Shown here: piece after piece, positions 19,008 to 29,550 of the stretch | How the letters are laid out: each line of letters begins with the position of its first letter | How positions within the stretch are numbered: position 1 is the first letter of the stretch | From: Aggregatilineales bacterium | GTDB lineage: Bacteria; Chloroflexota; Anaerolineae; Aggregatilineales; Ch27 | NCBI GenBank assembly: GCA_029976025.1 | Contig: JARKNX010000021.1 | Location: forward strand, 19,624 to 83,623 | Direction of reading: 5' to 3' | Length of the DNA: 64,000 nt | Notes under the pieces: model-generated | What the model was told of the DNA's origin: nothing | The model's database searches: none | The model's input: only the letters and a program-made list of their open reading frames with translations | Translations under genes and position numbers: made by a program

Positions 19008-19220
19008 GTGAGGCAGGTCATTCTCTACACAGATGAAGATGGATACTGGACTGCCGAATGCCCCAGTTTGCCGGGCTGTATCAGCCAGGGAGACACCAAA
19101 GAAGAGGCTATTGCCAACATCACTGATGCGATTCGGGCCTACACTGAAGCCCTGACTATGGCCGGCGAGGCAATTCCGCCGGACAGCATGAGTCACCAGA
19201 TCGTGGTAGTGGCTGCGTGA
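19008..19220 (+). CDS. hicB: Short HicB-family antitoxin
   Basis: EDGYWTAECPSLPGCISQGDTKEEAIANITDAI; no DNA-binding domain. Confidence 0.9.
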   Translation: MRQVILYTDEDGYWTAECPSLPGCISQGDTKEEAIANITDAIRAYTEALTMAGEAIPPDSMSHQIVVVAA

Positions 19221-19438
19221 GCAAGTTACCCCTGCTTTCTGTGCGAGAGTGTATCGGTGTGCTGGAGAAGATCGGGTTCTATCAGATGCATCAAACTGGA
19301 TCGCACGTCATCATGCGTCGTGACGATCCCCAAACGACGATCTCTGTGCCCAATCATAGGGAAATCCGACGGGGCACGCTGCGCGCCATCATCCGGCAGG
19401 CCGGCATGACCGTTGAGGAATTTGTGGAACTGTTGTAA
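19217..19438 (+). CDS. hicA: HicA-family mRNA interferase toxin
   Basis: QTGSHVIM (catalytic His), VPNHREIRRGTLRAIIRQAG; 4-bp overlap with hicB. Confidence 0.92.
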   Translation: MSKLPLLSVRECIGVLEKIGFYQMHQTGSHVIMRRDDPQTTISVPNHREIRRGTLRAIIRQAGMTVEEFVELL

Positions 19439-19639
19439 GCGTCGAGATGGATCCCCCGCGACACATCAAGAGGTTCGCCTGGTTTTGCCAGGCTATCCTA
19501 TGCGGATAGTAGCTTTACCCCGGGTTGCCTGACGGGTTGGCTCGCACCCGACCACCCGTCTTTTGTTGTCGGGCCGCGCCGGGGATGGTATAGTGCCTTC
19601 CCGTTCGCTGGCCTGACGCAGATCGAAGGATCGCCCTCT

Positions 19640-21520
19640 ATGACTCGCCGCGAGTCGCTCCGCCGGAACCTCCCGCCCCTGATTGTGGCGCTGCTCGTCC
19701 TGCTGGCCGCCTACCTGCCGACGCTTCAGACGACGATCAACGGGGCCGACCACTACTTCACCGCCGACGTGGGCGAGATTCAGATCGTACTCAACCGGTG
19801 GGGGACGCTGCATATCACCGGCTACCCCCTGTATACCGTGACGGGGAACGCGCTGGTCAGCCTGCTGCGGGCGCTGGGGGTCGGGCCGGCGCTCGCGCCC
19901 GCGCTCGTGTCGCTGCTGTGGGGGGAGATCGCCCTGGTCCTGCTGTACGTGCTCATGGTCGTCCTGACCGGCCGGCGCTGGACCGCCGCCGCCATCCTCG
20001 TCCTGTTCGGGCTGGTGCGCACAGTCTGGGTGCATCAGGTGATCGCCGAGGTCTACAGCTTCGGGCTGCTGCTGCTGGCTCTGCTGTTGCTGCTGGCTCT
20101 GTGGCCGGGGCCGGTCCGCGGACGGCTGTACTGGCTGGCTTTCATCGGCGGGGTCGGGGTCGGGCATCACCGCGGCATCGCCTTCGCCGCGCCGGCGCTG
20201 ATCTACGCCGTCTGGCCGGCGCTGCGCCACCGGCTGACCGGCGGCGGGCGTCCCCTGGCCGGTGCGCGGTTCCTGCTCAACTGCCTGCTGCTGGGCGCGG
20301 TGGGCGTCTTTGTCCCGTATGTCTACCTGTGGCTGCGGGCCAGGGCCGGAGCGGCCTGGGTCTACGGCCATCCGGATACGCTGGCCGGGCTGTGGGATCA
20401 GTTCATCGGCACCGAAGCGGGCCATTATATCGGGCTGCCGGCTACATGGGACGCCCTGCGGGCCAATGCTGAGATGGTTGGCTCCGTCCTGCTCACCGAC
20501 CTGACCCTCCCCGGCCTGATCGCCGGCGGGGCCGGGCTGATCGTCGCCCTGAGGAATCCGCGCCTGCGCCGGGCGGCGCTGACCCTGCTCCTGAGCGCGG
20601 CGGCCCCCGCTGCCTTTCATATCGTGCTGTACCGGGACGTGCTGTCCGCCCTGATCCTGCCGGTGGCCGTCTCAACCGCGTTTGGCTGGCTGTTCCTGGC
20701 GGACGCGCTGGCTGGCTGGGCGGCGCGGCGGAATTTCTCCGGCTGGCGGCGCGGGGTGCGGTGGGCCTGGGTTCCGCTCGCGGCGCTGCTGCTGGCCGCC
20801 CTGTTGATCCAGAACGGCCCGTTCATCCACGATCTCGTCACCGACCGGACGGCGCTGGCCTTCATCGATCTGGCCGAGGAAGCGCCGCCGGGTTCGTCGC
20901 TCATGATCGGCTGGGGCGTGTATTACTTCGCCGTCGCCTTCGCCCAGCAGGTGGACCCGGCGCTGGCGCCCCGGCTGGCGGAGGTGAATCTGGTGACACA
21001 TGAGGCCGGGTTTTACAATCTGGCGCGTGACGGTCGGCTGATCACGCCCTCCTACACCTTTTATAACCAGCCGCCGGCCTGGTGGGAGGTGCGGCTGGGC
21101 CAGCCGCCGGTCCTGGAGGCCGCCGCGCCGGGCCTGGTGCGGATCGGGCTGGAGCCGCGCCGCCCTGCTGCGCCGCCGGAGGGCTTCGGCCCGACTTCGC
21201 AGGCGGTGGCGTGCGCCGCCGATTCGGTGACGCTGGATGTCATCTGGGCCACGGCGGATGTCCCCGCCGAGGACCTCAGCGTATTTGTGCACGCCCTGGA
21301 CGCGGATGGCGCCGTGATCGGCCAGGCCGACCAGTCCGCTCCGGTTTACGGCTGGCGGCCGCTGACCGGCTGGACGGCGGGCGAGGCCGTGCGCGATATC
21401 TACCAGGTGCGGGTCGATCCGGCCCGCGTGGATCGCCTGCGCTACGGCTTTTATCGCGTCGCAGATGCCGGCTTCGAGAATGTGTACAGTTACGAGATCC
21501 CGGTCAACTGCGGCGCCTGA
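19640..21520 (+). CDS. DUF2723/TMEM260-like GT-C membrane glycosyltransferase
   Basis: DVGEIQ..GTLHITGYPLY, IAEVYS, GVGHH; multiple TM segments; C-terminal VFVH..QAD..W..GE domain. Confidence 0.8.
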   Translation: MTRRESLRRNLPPLIVALLVLLAAYLPTLQTTINGADHYFTADVGEIQIVLNRWGTLHITGYPLYTVTGNALVSLLRALGVGPALAPALVSLLWGEIALVLLYVLMVVLTGRRWTAAAILVLFGLVRTVWVHQVIAEVYSFGLLLLALLLLLALWPGPVRGRLYWLAFIGGVGVGHHRGIAFAAPALIYAVWPALRHRLTGGGRPLAGARFLLNCLLLGAVGVFVPYVYLWLRARAGAAWVYGHPDTLAGLWDQFIGTEAGHYIGLPATWDALRANAEMVGSVLLTDLTLPGLIAGGAGLIVALRNPRLRRAALTLLLSAAAPAAFHIVLYRDVLSALILPVAVSTAFGWLFLADALAGWAARRNFSGWRRGVRWAWVPLAALLLAALLIQNGPFIHDLVTDRTALAFIDLAEEAPPGSSLMIGWGVYYFAVAFAQQVDPALAPRLAEVNLVTHEAGFYNLARDGRLITPSYTFYNQPPAWWEVRLGQPPVLEAAAPGLVRIGLEPRRPAAPPEGFGPTSQAVACAADSVTLDVIWATADVPAEDLSVFVHALDADGAVIGQADQSAPVYGWRPLTGWTAGEAVRDIYQVRVDPARVDRLRYGFYRVADAGFENVYSYEIPVNCGA

Positions 21521-21686
21521 CCGGGTGCAGCGCCACCCGGCGCTGTTATCGAGCCACCAGCCAGAATCTCTTTGATCTTTTCTGGCGGCTCCCCGTTTCC
21601 CCGACTGCCTGTTTCTCCACCCCGATAGACCTGGCCCGCTGGCGCGGTATACTCCTCCCCGCTGCAGACGGGAGGATGGCGCGCGT

Positions 21687-24149
21687 ATGATCGAAAACTG
21701 GCTGGTCCCAACGCTGGCGCTGCTGCCGGTGCTGGCCGGGGTCCTGTGGGGAGTCGGGGTTCCCTGGGCGCTGGTTGTGCTGCCCCGGCGCGACTGGCGT
21801 TGCCCGGTCATGGTTGCCGCGGTCGGGCTGGCGCTGGGAGCGGTGTTACTCACGGCGGGTATGTTCGTGCTGGGCACGCTGGGCACGATCACCGCCGGCG
21901 GGACGGTCGCCCTCGGCGCGGGGATGGCGGCGGTCGGCGCGGCGCTGGCCTGGCGCCGCCGGAAGTCCGACCCCGGACCGGCCCCGGAGTCCGCGCCGCT
22001 GGCGGCCTGGGAGCGGCTGATTGTGGCCCTGCTGGTTATCGCCGTGCTGGCCCGCCTCCTGCGAACGGCTTACTGGCCGTTCGCCGCTTACGATCCGCTG
22101 TGGGTCTTCGGTTACAACGGGCGCGTCTTCACCCTGACCGGCCAGATTCCGCAGACGACCGGCTACTACCCCCAGCTTCTGGCCCTGCTGTACGCCTTCG
22201 GGCAGATGGTCTGGGGCGGCATCAATGACCACGCCGCCCGCGCCATCATCCCCCTGTTCGCGCTGGGGAGCATCCTGGCCGCTTACCTGCTGGGGGCGCG
22301 CCTCCTCTCCGAGGACCGGATCAGGGGCCGCCGGCTGGGGCTGCTGACCGCCTTCCTGTGGACGGCTTACCCCCTGCACGCTGACTGGTCTCGCTTCGGC
22401 GATCTGGAGATCCCGCTAACCTTCTTCTTCACGCTGGCCGCCCTGTTCTTCCTGCTGGCCTGGCGGGAGGAGTCGCGGCTCCGCTGGCGGTACGCGGCTG
22501 TCGCCGGGCTGATGCTCGGCGGGGCGATGTGGACCAAGCCGACGGCGGGGGCGCTGGTGTGGGGCATCCTGCTGCTCCTGCTGGTGGAGGCCGTCCGGCT
22601 GCGCCTGGACTGGCGGCGGCTGTGGCCGCGCGTCCGGATCGTGCTGCTGACCGGGCTGGCCGCCGCGCCCATCGGCGGCATGTGGTATCTGCGCAATCTG
22701 GCGCTGGGCCACCCGGCTGTGGTGTTCCCGGGGGCGTTCTGGCTGACCCAGGCCCAGCGCAGCGGACAGGAGCTGTTCTGGCCGCTGCTGGCGGCGAGTC
22801 TGCTGGCCGTCTGGCTGGCGGCGCAGCCGGACAGGCCGCGCCCGGACCTGCGGCTGCTGCTGCCGGGCCTGGCGCTGATGCTCCTCGGCGCGCTGCCTTC
22901 GGCGGGGCTGCCCGCGGCGGCGTTCCATCCGGTGGTGACCCGCCGCCTGACCGGCCCGGAAGTTGCCGCGATCCTGATCGGGCTGGCGCTGTACGCGGCA
23001 GCGGTTATCCGCTGGTGGCGGGCCGGGGGAAATGCGCAGATTGGCCGCGCTGCTCCCCGGGATGCGCTGGGAGTCGTCCTGCTCATCCTGCCTTACTGGT
23101 TGACCTGGTTCTGGTCCTATTCCTACCACCCCCGGCTGGCCTTTGCCATCGTGCCCCTGCAGATCCTCCTGATCGCCGCCCTGGCCCTCAAGGCTGCCGG
23201 AGCCGCTGGCGGCCGTCTGTGCCTTGTGCCGCGCGGGCGGCAGCGGCTGGCGGCGGCGCTGCTCGTCCTGCTGGCCCTGCCTGGCCTGTGGATCACTCTG
23301 GAGGACACCGTCCCCCACCTCATCGCCGGCGATCTGCCCGACGACGATGCCAAACAGCTCGCCTCCAATTACGCGCTGGCGCGCACCGTATTTCTGTTGC
23401 GGAGGGAGATCGACGCCAGCGACCGCCCGGTGCGCATCGTCGCGCCGGGGGACCTGCGACTGCCCTTCTTCTTCCCCGATCTGCCCGTTACCACCGATCC
23501 GGTCACCGATCTGGCCGTCCTCGATGAGGGCGTGACGCACTTCATTGACGGCTTCGAGGCCGGCCTGGCCTACGACGCAATCGGGCAGGGCGTGAATCCG
23601 GCCCGCGGCGCGATGGGCCTGTCCTGGCTGGCTGAGCCGCTGGCCCACGAATGGGACGGCGACTTTTACTACGATGTCTACCGGATTGACACGTCCCGCC
23701 GCCACCAGCCGCAGACCTTCAACGGCTATCTGGAGGATCGGGTCCTGTACCCCTTCGCTGAGGTGCTCGGCTACAGCATGACCGGCCTCGACTTCTGGCC
23801 GGGCCGGCGCATCATCCTCAATATTGTGTTTCATGTGCTGGAAGAAACCGACCGGGATTACACGATCTACCTGCATGTGATGGAAGGCGACCGGCTTGTG
23901 GCGACCTGGGATCATGTGCCCGGCAACGCCCGCTACCCGACCTCGCTCTGGCAGGCGGGAGAGTACATCGAAGACCGGGCCTGGGTGGAGCTTGGCGACG
24001 ATGTGTCGCCCGGCACCTACCGCGTGGAGATGGGTTTTTACGACCTGGCGACCGGAGAGCGCGTGCCCGCCCGCGTCGGAAGTCGCACTGCCGACGGCTT
24101 CTTGCTGGTGCCCGTCATTAACAAACTGGTCAGCCCGCCGGCCCAGTAA
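21687..24149 (+). CDS. ArnT/GT39-like GT-C glycosyltransferase
   Basis: YDP, YYPQL, GDLEIP, WTKPT, WYLRN; C-terminal YTIYLH..DHVP..YPTSLWQAGE domain. Confidence 0.8.
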   Translation: MIENWLVPTLALLPVLAGVLWGVGVPWALVVLPRRDWRCPVMVAAVGLALGAVLLTAGMFVLGTLGTITAGGTVALGAGMAAVGAALAWRRRKSDPGPAPESAPLAAWERLIVALLVIAVLARLLRTAYWPFAAYDPLWVFGYNGRVFTLTGQIPQTTGYYPQLLALLYAFGQMVWGGINDHAARAIIPLFALGSILAAYLLGARLLSEDRIRGRRLGLLTAFLWTAYPLHADWSRFGDLEIPLTFFFTLAALFFLLAWREESRLRWRYAAVAGLMLGGAMWTKPTAGALVWGILLLLLVEAVRLRLDWRRLWPRVRIVLLTGLAAAPIGGMWYLRNLALGHPAVVFPGAFWLTQAQRSGQELFWPLLAASLLAVWLAAQPDRPRPDLRLLLPGLALMLLGALPSAGLPAAAFHPVVTRRLTGPEVAAILIGLALYAAAVIRWWRAGGNAQIGRAAPRDALGVVLLILPYWLTWFWSYSYHPRLAFAIVPLQILLIAALALKAAGAAGGRLCLVPRGRQRLAAALLVLLALPGLWITLEDTVPHLIAGDLPDDDAKQLASNYALARTVFLLRREIDASDRPVRIVAPGDLRLPFFFPDLPVTTDPVTDLAVLDEGVTHFIDGFEAGLAYDAIGQGVNPARGAMGLSWLAEPLAHEWDGDFYYDVYRIDTSRRHQPQTFNGYLEDRVLYPFAEVLGYSMTGLDFWPGRRIILNIVFHVLEETDRDYTIYLHVMEGDRLVATWDHVPGNARYPTSLWQAGEYIEDRAWVELGDDVSPGTYRVEMGFYDLATGERVPARVGSRTADGFLLVPVINKLVSPPAQ

Positions 24150-24257
24150 AAATTACCCGAATAAATAAGATGCGCTTCCTGTTCAATCTGCCTATAATCA
24201 TCAGTCAGATGGACGTTGTTTCTGCGCCTGCGAATAAGCGGGATATCCGGGATAGCC

Positions 24258-26576
24258 GTGTCTAACCTTTACGCGCTCCTCCTGCTGATCAGCGCGGCCG
24301 GGCTGGTGTACGTGGCCTGGCAAGTCTCCCGCCAGTTGCCTCAGCCCGGGCAACGGTTCTTCATCCTGTTTCTGCTGGCGACAGCCTTCTGGATGTTCGG
24401 GTACAGTCTCCAGCTTATCGTGCCCGATCAGGAATTCACCTATTTCTGGGCGCGGGCCAAGTGGCTGGGCCGGCTTTATGTGACGCCGCTGTGGCTGATC
24501 TTCGTCATCATCTACACCGGCCCCGACAATGGCTGGCGGCGTCCCCCGTCAAAGTTGCTCCTGGCGGCGCTGCTCGGCATCCCCATCCTCATTATGATCC
24601 TGATCTGGACTACGGGCGCCCACGGCTTCTTCTGGACCCAGCGCCAGCTTCAGGCTGAGTCGGGCTTTTTGCGGTTCATGATCGGCGAAGGGCCGCTGGT
24701 AGTCCCTTATATCCTTTACGCGACTGCGCTCCGGCTGGTGACGCTGGTTATTCTCGTCCACACCCTGCGCGATATCCATCTGCAACGCCGCTACCAGAAT
24801 ACTGTGCTGGCGCTGGGGACGGTCTTCACCCTGCTGATCAGCGCGATGGATATCTCAAACGTGCTTATACCGCAGATAAGCATCCAACTGGCCCCGGCGG
24901 CCTCCGGAATGGCGGCTTTCCTCTTTTACTGGGTGATATATCCCGGCCGCCTGCTGGACATAACCCCGTTCACGCGCAGCGAAATTGTCGAGAGCATGAG
25001 CGACGGCGTGATCATCTTCGACGCGGCGAACCGCATCATCGACTTCAACCCGGCGGCGGAACGGCTGACCGGCCTGGTGGCCGCTGCTGTGGTTGGCCAG
25101 CCCGGCGAGACGGCGCTGAGCGCCCTGCCAGAAGCCGCTGTGCCTTACACGGGCGCCCGCCGCGCCCATGCCGAAGTCCCTTTCCAGCGCGGCAATCAGC
25201 GCCTGGCCCTCGATCTCACCCTGATCCCGCTGACCGACCGCTTTGGGAGTACTTCCGGGCGGATGGTCATGATCCGCGACGTGACCGGCGAGAAGCAGTC
25301 GGCGGCGGTCCTGCGGCAGGCACTGGTGCGCTCCCATGTCCTGTATCAGGCCAGCACGTCGCTGATTGCCTTTGAGAATCTCTCGGCCCTGCTGCGTAAC
25401 GTGGTCTACGCTGTCGTGGATGCTTTATCGGCCTACTGGGTGTGTGTGATCGGCTTCGGCCCCGGCGAGGAGCAGGTCATTACCCACATGGTCAACGGCG
25501 GCCCGGGAGCCGGCGAGGTCTCCCTGCCGACGGATGAGATGCTGCTTTCCGGCCTGGTTGGCCAGGCGCTGGAAACGATGGAGCCGGTCTTTTCGCCGCG
25601 CACTATGCTCCGTGATCCACGACAGGGGGCGGTGACAGCCAAATGGCGCGAGGATAACGGCCTCGGCCCGATCATCGTCGTCCCCCTGCGTTACCGGGAC
25701 CGGACCTTCGGGGCGATGCTGGCGGCGAACCGCCTCGACGACGCCGACTTCAGCCACCAGGATGTCGAGCTTATGATTGTCCTGGCCAGCCAGGCCTCTG
25801 TCGCCATCGGCAACGCCCGCCTGCTGGAGACGGTGCAGCAGTATGCCGCCGAGCTGGAGGAGCGCAACCGCGAGCTGGATGCCTACAGCCATACGGTCGC
25901 CCATGATCTGAAGAAGCCGCTGACGTATATGCTCGGCTACGGCGATCTGCTCAACGAGGACGAGCGGCTGCCGGCTGATGCGCGCCTCTACGCCGCCCAG
26001 ATCAGCCAGGCTGCTCACAAGATGAACAATATGGTCGAGAACCTGCTGCTCCTGGCCCGGCTCCGCCAATCGGAGACCGTGCTGGAGCCGGTCCCGCTGG
26101 GACCTGTGGTGCAGGCGGCGGTGGAGCGCTTCGCCGACGATCTGGCTGAGCGGGGAGTCCGGCTGGAAATTGAGCCGGAGATGCCGTCCGTGCTTGGCAA
26201 TGCCGGCTGGCTGGAGGAGGTCTACGCCAACCTGCTCAGCAATGCTATCAAGTACATCGGGCGGGATAACCCGGATCCCTGGGTGGCGATTCGCGCCCGC
26301 CAGATCGGGGAGGAAGTGTACTGTGAAGTGTGCGATAATGGGCGGGGGATTGCGCCGGAAGACCAGAAGAAGCTGTTCAAGCTGTTCTCGCGCTTTCATG
26401 TCGATCAGGCGGCGGGATATGGCCTGGGGCTTTCCATCGTCATGCGCATCATCACCAAGCTGAACGGCCTGATCGGTGTGGAGAGCGCGCCGGGGCAGGG
26501 CAGTACCTTCTGGTTCACGCTGCCGGCGGCGCCTCCTCCGGCGGAGCCAGCCGCTAATTCCGGGCTGGCGGAATAA
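24258..26576 (+). CDS. HisKA_7TM-PAS-GAF sensor histidine kinase
   Basis: About 7 TM segments; IIDFNPAAE PAS; GAF; VAHDLKKPL H-box; NLLSNAIKY, GYGLGL; start uncertain (24216 or 24258). Confidence 0.9.
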   Translation: MSNLYALLLLISAAGLVYVAWQVSRQLPQPGQRFFILFLLATAFWMFGYSLQLIVPDQEFTYFWARAKWLGRLYVTPLWLIFVIIYTGPDNGWRRPPSKLLLAALLGIPILIMILIWTTGAHGFFWTQRQLQAESGFLRFMIGEGPLVVPYILYATALRLVTLVILVHTLRDIHLQRRYQNTVLALGTVFTLLISAMDISNVLIPQISIQLAPAASGMAAFLFYWVIYPGRLLDITPFTRSEIVESMSDGVIIFDAANRIIDFNPAAERLTGLVAAAVVGQPGETALSALPEAAVPYTGARRAHAEVPFQRGNQRLALDLTLIPLTDRFGSTSGRMVMIRDVTGEKQSAAVLRQALVRSHVLYQASTSLIAFENLSALLRNVVYAVVDALSAYWVCVIGFGPGEEQVITHMVNGGPGAGEVSLPTDEMLLSGLVGQALETMEPVFSPRTMLRDPRQGAVTAKWREDNGLGPIIVVPLRYRDRTFGAMLAANRLDDADFSHQDVELMIVLASQASVAIGNARLLETVQQYAAELEERNRELDAYSHTVAHDLKKPLTYMLGYGDLLNEDERLPADARLYAAQISQAAHKMNNMVENLLLLARLRQSETVLEPVPLGPVVQAAVERFADDLAERGVRLEIEPEMPSVLGNAGWLEEVYANLLSNAIKYIGRDNPDPWVAIRARQIGEEVYCEVCDNGRGIAPEDQKKLFKLFSRFHVDQAAGYGLGLSIVMRIITKLNGLIGVESAPGQGSTFWFTLPAAPPPAEPAANSGLAE

Positions 26577-26577
26577 A

Positions 26578-26606
26578 TAGACTTACCCCGTACGATTTGT
26601 TACAAT
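26578..26606 (+). promoter_or_regulatory. Candidate promoter for nuoGHI
   Basis: TAGACT-17-TACAAT with TGn extension. Confidence 0.45.
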
Positions 26607-26876
26607 AGGCGGGGGCTGGCCGGCAGCTCTGGCTGTCGGGGGCGAAAAATCGGGGACCGTGGGGACGCCAGAATCGCCCGCGTCCTGGCGGTTCAAGTGC
26701 TGTTTGCCGCTGAAGCGCCCTGCGATCGCGAACAGGCCGGACAAGTATGTTGACCGGGGGGCGAAACCGGCGCATAATCCGTGTTTATCCCCCGCCATCG
26801 GCCGGTTGTAGCGGCCTGGCGTCACCCGCTGTACTCTGACTGGATGGCAACCATTCGGGAAGCAAAAGGCGAACGA

Positions 26877-29480
26877 ATGACTGAAAACACAGTAACCCTG
26901 CACATTGATGGAACCCCCTACCAGATGCCGGAAGGCATGAACCTGGTGGACGCGGCGCGCATCTATGCCGGCATTGAGATTCCGATTTTCTGCTACCATC
27001 CCAAGATGGAGCCGGTCGGCATGTGCCGGATGTGCCTGGTGGATATCGGGTTTGAGGCGCGCGACCGGGCTACCGGCGAGCCTGTGCTGAATCCCGACGG
27101 CACGCCGCAGGTGCGCTGGGGGCGCAAGCTGGAGACGGGCTGCACCACCCGCGTCACCGCCGGGATGCACATCCGCACTAAAACTCAGGCTGTCACCAAG
27201 GCCCGCAAGGACATACTGGAATTCCTGCTCAGCAGCCACCCGCTGGATTGTCCGATCTGCGACAAGGGCGGCGAGTGCCCGCTGCAGGACCTGACCATGC
27301 GCCACGGGCCGGGCACCAGCCGGATGGCCTTTGACGAAAAGAAGAGGCTGGGCAAGCACCTGCCGCTGGGCGATCTGATCGTCCTGGATTGCGAGCGGTG
27401 TATCCAGTGTGCCCGCTGCATCCGCTTTCAGGCGGAGGTCGTCGGCGACGATGTGCTGGCCTTCCACGAACGGGCCCGCTCCCTGCAGATCATCAGCATC
27501 AGCGATCCGCCGTTTGATACGTATTTCGGCGGCAACACAGCCGATGTCTGCCCGGTCGGGGCGCTGACCACGGTCGATTTCCGCTTCGGCGCCCGCCCGT
27601 GGGAGATGGAGAATATCCCCAGCATCTCGCCGCACGGCCCGGTTGGCGAGAATATCGCCCTCGGCGTCCGGCTGGACCGCGATTCTGGCGGCGTCAAGCG
27701 CGTCAAGCGCGTCCTGCCGCGCCAGAACGAAGAAGTCAACGAAATCTGGATTTCGGATAAGACCCGCTTCGGGCATCATTTCACGCTCAGCCCCGACCGC
27801 TTGCAAACGCCGCTGCTCCGCAAGCGCGGCGAGCTGGTCGAAGCGTCGTGGTCGGACGCGATCAAGGCGGCCGCCAAAGCGGTCAAAGAGGCCGGCAACC
27901 GCGTCGGCATCATCGCCGGGCCGATGATGACTAACGAGGACCTGTATATGCTGCGCGGGCTGGCCGGGCACGTGGGCAGCCGCAAGCTCGGCGTCTGGCC
28001 GCCCAACCTGGGCGACCCCGATCCGGTCGCCGAAGTCGGCATCGCCGCCGGCTCGCGCCTGACCGCGCTGGGCAAAGGCGACGCCGTGCTCGTGATCGCC
28101 TCCGATCTGGAGGAAGAAGCGCCGATCTGGTTCCTGCAAGCCAAGCAGGCCGCCGATCGGGGCGCGCACCTGGTGGTCGCCAATATGCGCACCACCAAGC
28201 TGGATCGCTACGCCGGGCACGTGATCGCCTACGACTTCAACGAGGGCGTGGATGTCCTCAACGGCCTGACGGCGGCGGCGATCAGCCATCGCTGGACGAA
28301 CAGGAGCGCGCTGGAGCGTGTCAACGGATATGACGAGTTAACCGCGGCCCTCAAGGGCACGCGCCAGCCTTACAAAGAAGCCGCCGAAGCCATGGCGAAG
28401 GCCCGCAACCTGGTGGTCTTCGTCGGCGACGATGGCCTGGACCCGGAGGGGCATACTGCGTTGCTGCGGGCGGCGGCCAACTTCCTGATCATCACCGGGC
28501 ACGCCGGGCAGCTCAATAACGGCCTGGTCCCCGTCTGGCCAGGAGCCAACACGCAGGGCGCCTTCGATCTGGGCTTCAGCAGCGAAAACACCCGCGCCAT
28601 GCTCAAGAACCCGCCGGAAGTGTTGATTCTGGCCGGCGCGCCGGCGGCCGCCGATCCGGCCTATGCCGCGCTGCTGGATCGCGTGGAGACCGTGATCAGC
28701 CTGACGATGTTCCACAATGCCGCCGCCGGGGCGGACGCCCCGACGACCGCCGTCGTCCTGCCCATCCAGAGCTTCGCCGAGCGCGATGGCACGTTCACCA
28801 GCGCCATGCGCCGCGTGCAGCGCTTCTATACTGCGCACGGCCCGGCGGGCCAGAGCCTGCCGGCCTGGGAAGCAGTCGGCCTGATCGGCGAGAGGCTGGG
28901 TATGCCCCGGCCGCCGCGCAGCAGCGCCCTGGTCATGCAGGCCCTGACCGAAGAAGTGCGCCTGTACAGCGAGATGACCTACCCGGCCCTGGCGCGGGTC
29001 GCCGAGCAGTTCCCGCCAATCGGGGCATCGCCGGATTTCTACGGCGGCGCGACGCGGTCTGCGGCGGGCGGCACCGGCATCGCCTGGCCGAGCCGGGCGG
29101 AGGGCAGGGGCAAGCTGACCGTCAAAGCCGTTCGCGCGCCGGAAGGCGTCAAGCCCGGCCCCGGCGAGCTGGTGATCTCCCCGGTGCGCCGCCTGTACGA
29201 TCGCACGCCGGAGTTTTACACCGCCACCCTGATGCATGGGCGCATCCCGGAGCCGTTCGCCGCGGTCAACACGGCGGACGCCAGCCGGCTGGGGATCGCC
29301 AATGGCGATTCGGTAGTCGTGCATGTGGCGGGCGCGGCTGTGCATGTCACGGCTGTGGTGGACAGCTACGCGCCGGAAGGCGTGGTGCTGCTGCCGCTCT
29401 ACCTGAGCAGTGAGCCGATGCCGCTGGTTCCGCTGGCGGGCACGGTGGAGAAGATCACAGAGCCGGTCCCCGCTGATTAA
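26877..29480 (+). CDS. nuoG: NADH-quinone oxidoreductase subunit G
   Basis: FCYHP..GMCRMCLV, HPLDCPICDKGGECPLQD, CIQCARC..CPVGAL; start ATG 26877. Confidence 0.96.
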   Translation: MTENTVTLHIDGTPYQMPEGMNLVDAARIYAGIEIPIFCYHPKMEPVGMCRMCLVDIGFEARDRATGEPVLNPDGTPQVRWGRKLETGCTTRVTAGMHIRTKTQAVTKARKDILEFLLSSHPLDCPICDKGGECPLQDLTMRHGPGTSRMAFDEKKRLGKHLPLGDLIVLDCERCIQCARCIRFQAEVVGDDVLAFHERARSLQIISISDPPFDTYFGGNTADVCPVGALTTVDFRFGARPWEMENIPSISPHGPVGENIALGVRLDRDSGGVKRVKRVLPRQNEEVNEIWISDKTRFGHHFTLSPDRLQTPLLRKRGELVEASWSDAIKAAAKAVKEAGNRVGIIAGPMMTNEDLYMLRGLAGHVGSRKLGVWPPNLGDPDPVAEVGIAAGSRLTALGKGDAVLVIASDLEEEAPIWFLQAKQAADRGAHLVVANMRTTKLDRYAGHVIAYDFNEGVDVLNGLTAAAISHRWTNRSALERVNGYDELTAALKGTRQPYKEAAEAMAKARNLVVFVGDDGLDPEGHTALLRAAANFLIITGHAGQLNNGLVPVWPGANTQGAFDLGFSSENTRAMLKNPPEVLILAGAPAAADPAYAALLDRVETVISLTMFHNAAAGADAPTTAVVLPIQSFAERDGTFTSAMRRVQRFYTAHGPAGQSLPAWEAVGLIGERLGMPRPPRSSALVMQALTEEVRLYSEMTYPALARVAEQFPPIGASPDFYGGATRSAAGGTGIAWPSRAEGRGKLTVKAVRAPEGVKPGPGELVISPVRRLYDRTPEFYTATLMHGRIPEPFAAVNTADASRLGIANGDSVVVHVAGAAVHVTAVVDSYAPEGVVLLPLYLSSEPMPLVPLAGTVEKITEPVPAD

Positions 29481-29550
29481 GGGCTGTGCGCGCCCGGGGC
29501 GGGTTTGCCGGCCGGTACGACCGCCGGCAGTTTGAAGAAGGAAGAGCCGC

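Noticed and set aside
26877-29480. Formate dehydrogenase or other molybdopterin enzyme
   Set aside because: Fe-S motifs and position before nuoH fit NuoG; no in-frame TGA or recognisable Mo-ligand motif
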